Of a stretch of 64,000 nucleotides of DNA, positions 59,605 through 64,000 are shown piece by piece. The position numbers and the translations under genes are program-made. The stretch's first letter is position 1; each line of letters starts with the position of its first letter. The notes below the pieces were generated by a model that was not told the DNA's origin, ran no database searches, and was given only the letters and a program-made list of their open reading frames with translations. This DNA is from the human T2T-CHM13v2.0 reference genome, Homo sapiens, in NCBI RefSeq assembly GCF_009914755.1, contig NC_060930.1. One strand, given 5' to 3'.

Positions 59605-61560
59605 AGAATTGATCCCACAATTTGAGGCTAAAGAATATCACGTGAATCCTTATAAAAAGGATATAGGTAAAAACCGTGGTATTACAGTGGTTTCATAATT
59701 TCATGTGGATTCTTGGTTCATTTGAGGATAAACTTGAAGGCATGTCACAATGATGCAATATTTTTGGAGATAGTCACTGTTTGAGTTAAACAAACAAAAT
59801 ACATATTTTTATAAAAGATTCTTGGTTCTACTGAAACTTTGAATGGATTAATTTTTCATCATCTCTGTACAAGCTCTGTGATTCATAAGATCTGTTATGG
59901 TGTGAAAATGTGTTTATTTGGGCTGTGTGTTATTGAAAAAAATTATCATGATTTAGTTTTATTTCACCTATCCCACCTGTGTATTTTTGTGAGAAAGTGA
60001 CAAAACTGATATGAAGATTTTTTTTTAAATCAACTCAGCATTTTGACAAGCATCAGTACAGATTTAGCCTTAAGCATTCTCCTTCTAAAGCACTATATCA
60101 GTGAAGCATTCTAAAGTAATGAATGAATAAACAAAGCATAAACTATTCTGACTGTCATTTCAATGTCATGGAACTCAATCAGGTTGTAATCCTTTGAAAA
60201 TTGATCATCTATCTTTAGTTAAGTAAAACAATTCATAAGCAGGACCTGGTACAATGGATGGTACATAATAGGATTTCAATATTTATTGACTATTTTGATA
60301 ACAGTGATAATAAAAAAGTTTAGTTAAGAACAATATTAATTAACTGGAGTTCTCATTCTTCATTCTAAATAATTCATATGTTACTGCTGGTATTTCATTA
60401 TACTATGTAAGACGGTGTATTTAAATTTTATAAATAAAAATTAACCTTAATAACCTTGCAAAAAGTTACAGAACATAAATCATTACATTTCATTTAGTCT
60501 CATGATTTTGCATTTTCTGCAAATCTTAGGCTGCTCATGAATCTGTAAGATGTCTGGAGTTGTTAACGCATTCTATGAACTGCATTGATTTTGTTCATCT
60601 GAGGCGAAAAGTAAAAGTTATAGATTTTTCCCCCCTTTTTGCTTTTAAAGTTGGAGTAGAGATTCACCTCTAATCACAAATGCCTGCTTTCTATTATTAT
60701 AAGATTAATTATTATAAGATTAGAGTTGGGTCTTTCTGTATAAAGTACTTATTGACCTCAAAATAATGCATTATTTAATACATTTCAGTGCTTAAAGAAT
60801 TCAAACAGCCTATTTAAGAATTTATTATATTGCTATTTTATCAATAATCAGTACTATTTACTTTTTCTTAGGTGTTGATTTCATCTTGCATTTAAAGGCA
60901 TGATTTTACTTTCCTTGAACTACAGTTAATTTCATGTCCAAATGCCAAAAAAAGAGAAATCTGCTAAGCAAATAGAAGGAATCAATTATTTTTGTAAAAA
61001 GGTTGTTAGCCCTGCTTAGATTATACCAATATAATATAAAATCAATAGGTTTTAGGCAGAATTCGTGAAATATAGATAAAAAATTTTTTTTCCTTGTTGG
61101 TAAGTGAACACCTATTTCAGTGCCTCAAATAGGAGTCTGGAAGTACAAATAAAGCCTTTCTCATCATGTGCTCATATCTTTGATTTTACCTTTTCTCCAA
61201 TTTTTTTTTTTATTTTGAAATGGCCTCATTTTGTGGGCATTCTTTACTGTAGTGTAAAACAATAGCTTTTTTAAAATTAAGTACTTCTATTTTATTGTTT
61301 GAAACAGCTAGCCAAGGTTTGCAATTGCTTTCATTACCTGATTTCCTTTATCTATAGATCCATCTCTATATCCAACTCTATGTCTCTCAAGTAGTCCACA
61401 AAACAATGAATCCTACATTTAATAAAAACATTAAAATATCCACCAGTAATTTATTTATATTAGCTTCCTTTTTCTTTCTGATTAAATTACTGTAGTTCTT
61501 AACTGCCTGAATGTGATTCCAAAAAACTAAAGATGTTTCTTATTATTAATTTTTTCATAG

Positions 61561-61641
61561 ATTGAACTTCACCAACTTAAAATCTACTGCAGTGCAAACC
61601 TCATAGCTCAAGAAACATGTTGTGAAATATCAGATACTAAG
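61561..61641 (+). CDS. COL19A1: COL19A1 coding exon, 81 nt, IELHQLKIYCSANLIAQETCCEISDTK; end of the TSPN domain
   Basis: TTTTTTCATAG acceptor; AAG|GTAAGT donor; phase 0-0; IYC...ETCCE closing motif of FACIT TSPN domains. Confidence 0.94.
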
Positions 61642-64000
61642 GTAAGTTAATTTTCTTTGCATATGAAGAATGAAGAACGCCAATTATCTTTTAGTGGCAT
61701 AGTTTGTAGAGTCCAAATGTAGGGTAGCACTGAGTGTGTTCTGTTGAAGCCAGGTGGGTAATTTATTCCTAGTAAGGAAGCATTCATAGTGCTTTCTCAT
61801 GGTTACTTTCAACAGTTTTAATCCCAGCATTTCACCCTTAATTTTGAGGGTAATATATACTCACTTTGAACTCAGTATAACTTAAAGTTATGCCTTTCTT
61901 CCTAAACTATGTTCTGACAGCAGCATCATTTCCAGTTACAGAAGTTTTAAATCTGTGATCATACTTTATTCTCACTCATTTTCCTTTTCTACCCTGTCAC
62001 CCATCCTGGCTAGCTTTCCTTTGACATAGACTTTTCATCCTTATCTTCCATTTTCCTGTTACTGCCAAAGTGTACATTTACCTCGTGTCTGGGATATCAA
62101 TCATTATTGGATCAACTGCCTTCCCTATGTCCTGCCCCTTTGCTTTGCAGCATAACCAGAATAAGTCTGAGTCACTGCTTTGTATATTCATTCACTCTCT
62201 TCCAGCAAACACTTTATTCAGAAACACTGACCTTCTAAACACTGTGCTAAGGAACAGGGCTAACAAACATGATTAAGGCACATTCCCTGCCCTCTCTTCA
62301 TGTCTTTCTCTTAAGTGACTCCTGTTGGAAGTGAAATATAAATGCAGTTTCTCAGCCTCTCATTCTAAATATTCCCAACCTAACCATACAACTGTTACTT
62401 ACTTATACCAATCTTTCATTACAAGAAAAATACTAAATTCAATACTTTCTGTATCTCTCAGTGTAATGGCCGTGTGTGCTATCTTATATTACTAGGTGTA
62501 ACTATATTTGTTTTTAAATTGATTTAAGTACAATTCAGACTCAGTAAGGGAAGTTTTACCTTGATAAACTTTTTTATTCCTAATGCTTCATTTGGAAAAA
62601 GTAGACAATCATTGTTTGATTTATTGACTTACCAATTACTAAAAAAGATAAATGGGACAGAAAGATATTCAAAGGGGACTGGTTCTAAAAAAAAGTACAG
62701 AAAGAGCATATGAAAAGTGCAAGTAAAAGGTGAAAATGTCTTTTCTTTGGATCTTAGATTTCATAAATGTTCTATACTTGCCATAGAAAATTATATGAAA
62801 ATTTTATCAACAATTTATGATTCAAAAATATTTTTGACTTTTGTAGCTCACTTTGGGTAGTGAAATAAGAATGTGACCAAAGCATAGCTTAAAGCATAGC
62901 TTTAGTGACTTAAAGCATAGCTAAGTCTTTCAAGTATTATATGTTTTGCTTTTGTAACTTGGCTTTATAAAGCATATCTCCAATCCACTTCATGTATCTC
63001 ATTCCAAGTAAAATGCCAGCCAGCCAAATATCTTTCTATAAATATCTGAAAAGATAATTTAGAATGCCAATCTACAGACTTGAAATACCTAGACTTCCTG
63101 GAGCTACACATTTAAATCTTAAAGATGTTAATTCCCCCAAAATTTTGTTTTTAATTATGCTTTTTTGATGTCAGAGTTTTTAAAGTAATAACTTTCTCTG
63201 GTTGTAAAGTAATATAATGATATTTTGATATATCTGAATATTATATAATTAGCCAGTAATCACTGCCCTTTATCATTATATTAATGTAATAGAAACTTTC
63301 CACCTGATTTATGAGGAAATTGTTTAAGAAGTATAGGTGATGAATTGGGTGGAATGGTTGGTAATTCAAAGCAGTGACATGATCTCACACATTTTGAACA
63401 AAAGATTTTTAAATCATATTTTGAAAAGATTATTTGGGAGTTAGTTTTAAAGAATAGAACACAAGGTAGGAATTTATCTCTGACTATGGAAAAAATAAGG
63501 AAAGACTGTATTTTTGCTGACAATTATTTGGAGGGGATATCACCATTCATTTAATGACTAACAAAAAATAGAAACATACTACATTTTATGAATAGGAATG
63601 TACAGTTGGAAGGATAAATAATTATATAAAAGCCATTTAAATGCATCTGCTCTACTTCCAATACGAATTGTATTTATTTTCTTTTTTGTTGCAAAATGTT
63701 TTGAACTCAGAAATTTTTAATGTAGTTGCTTAAATATCTAATTTTGTCCTGGAATTTCAAATCACACATGTTTTCTGGTTGTCAATATTTTATAAAGCAT
63801 TTCAAAGGCAACATTTTTTAAAGATCACCTATAAAGATGCTTCTTTGTTTCTATTGGATTTTCAGTTTCTAAAGTAGTTAAGTTTCATGACTCTAGATAT
63901 AAAAAGAATGAAGAACAAATATTAAGAGAAGGATGAAATCAGTAACATTTGTTGAAAATAAATGAGAAATGTGGTTAAATTTTTAAGGGCTAATACTGAA

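Overview
Primate genomic DNA, almost certainly human (it carries an AluYb8-lineage insertion). It is AT-rich and almost entirely intronic. The window holds six consecutive + strand exons of COL19A1 (collagen XIX alpha-1, a FACIT collagen). These are the first coding exon and five more (recalled numbering: exons 2-7), which splice into a 747-nt, 249-codon open frame for the signal peptide and the N-terminal TSPN/LamG-like domain. The promoter/exon 1 and the collagenous exons lie outside the window. The rest is interspersed repeats: about 15 Alus, L1/L2/MIR fragments, DNA-transposon relics, two decayed proviruses (MER61-like ERV1 and HERV-S/LTR18), solo LTR12 and MER4-type LTRs, and a 1.6-kb AT-rich low-complexity array. 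Nearly all ORFs in the supplied track are repeat-derived. I see no evidence of a new multi-gene system. The most unusual structure is the MER61-like provirus (15777-23847). It contains a 2.3-kb block of older host DNA (L2, MER53) bracketed by a ~620-bp direct duplication of its own 3' end with microhomology junctions, which resembles retroviral capture of host sequence. Other notable items are an out-of-frame uORF overlapping the COL19A1 start, a twin-primed inverted old L1 with recognisable TSDs, and a palindromic AT-rich array. Repeat family names come from recalled consensus sequences, not a database search.
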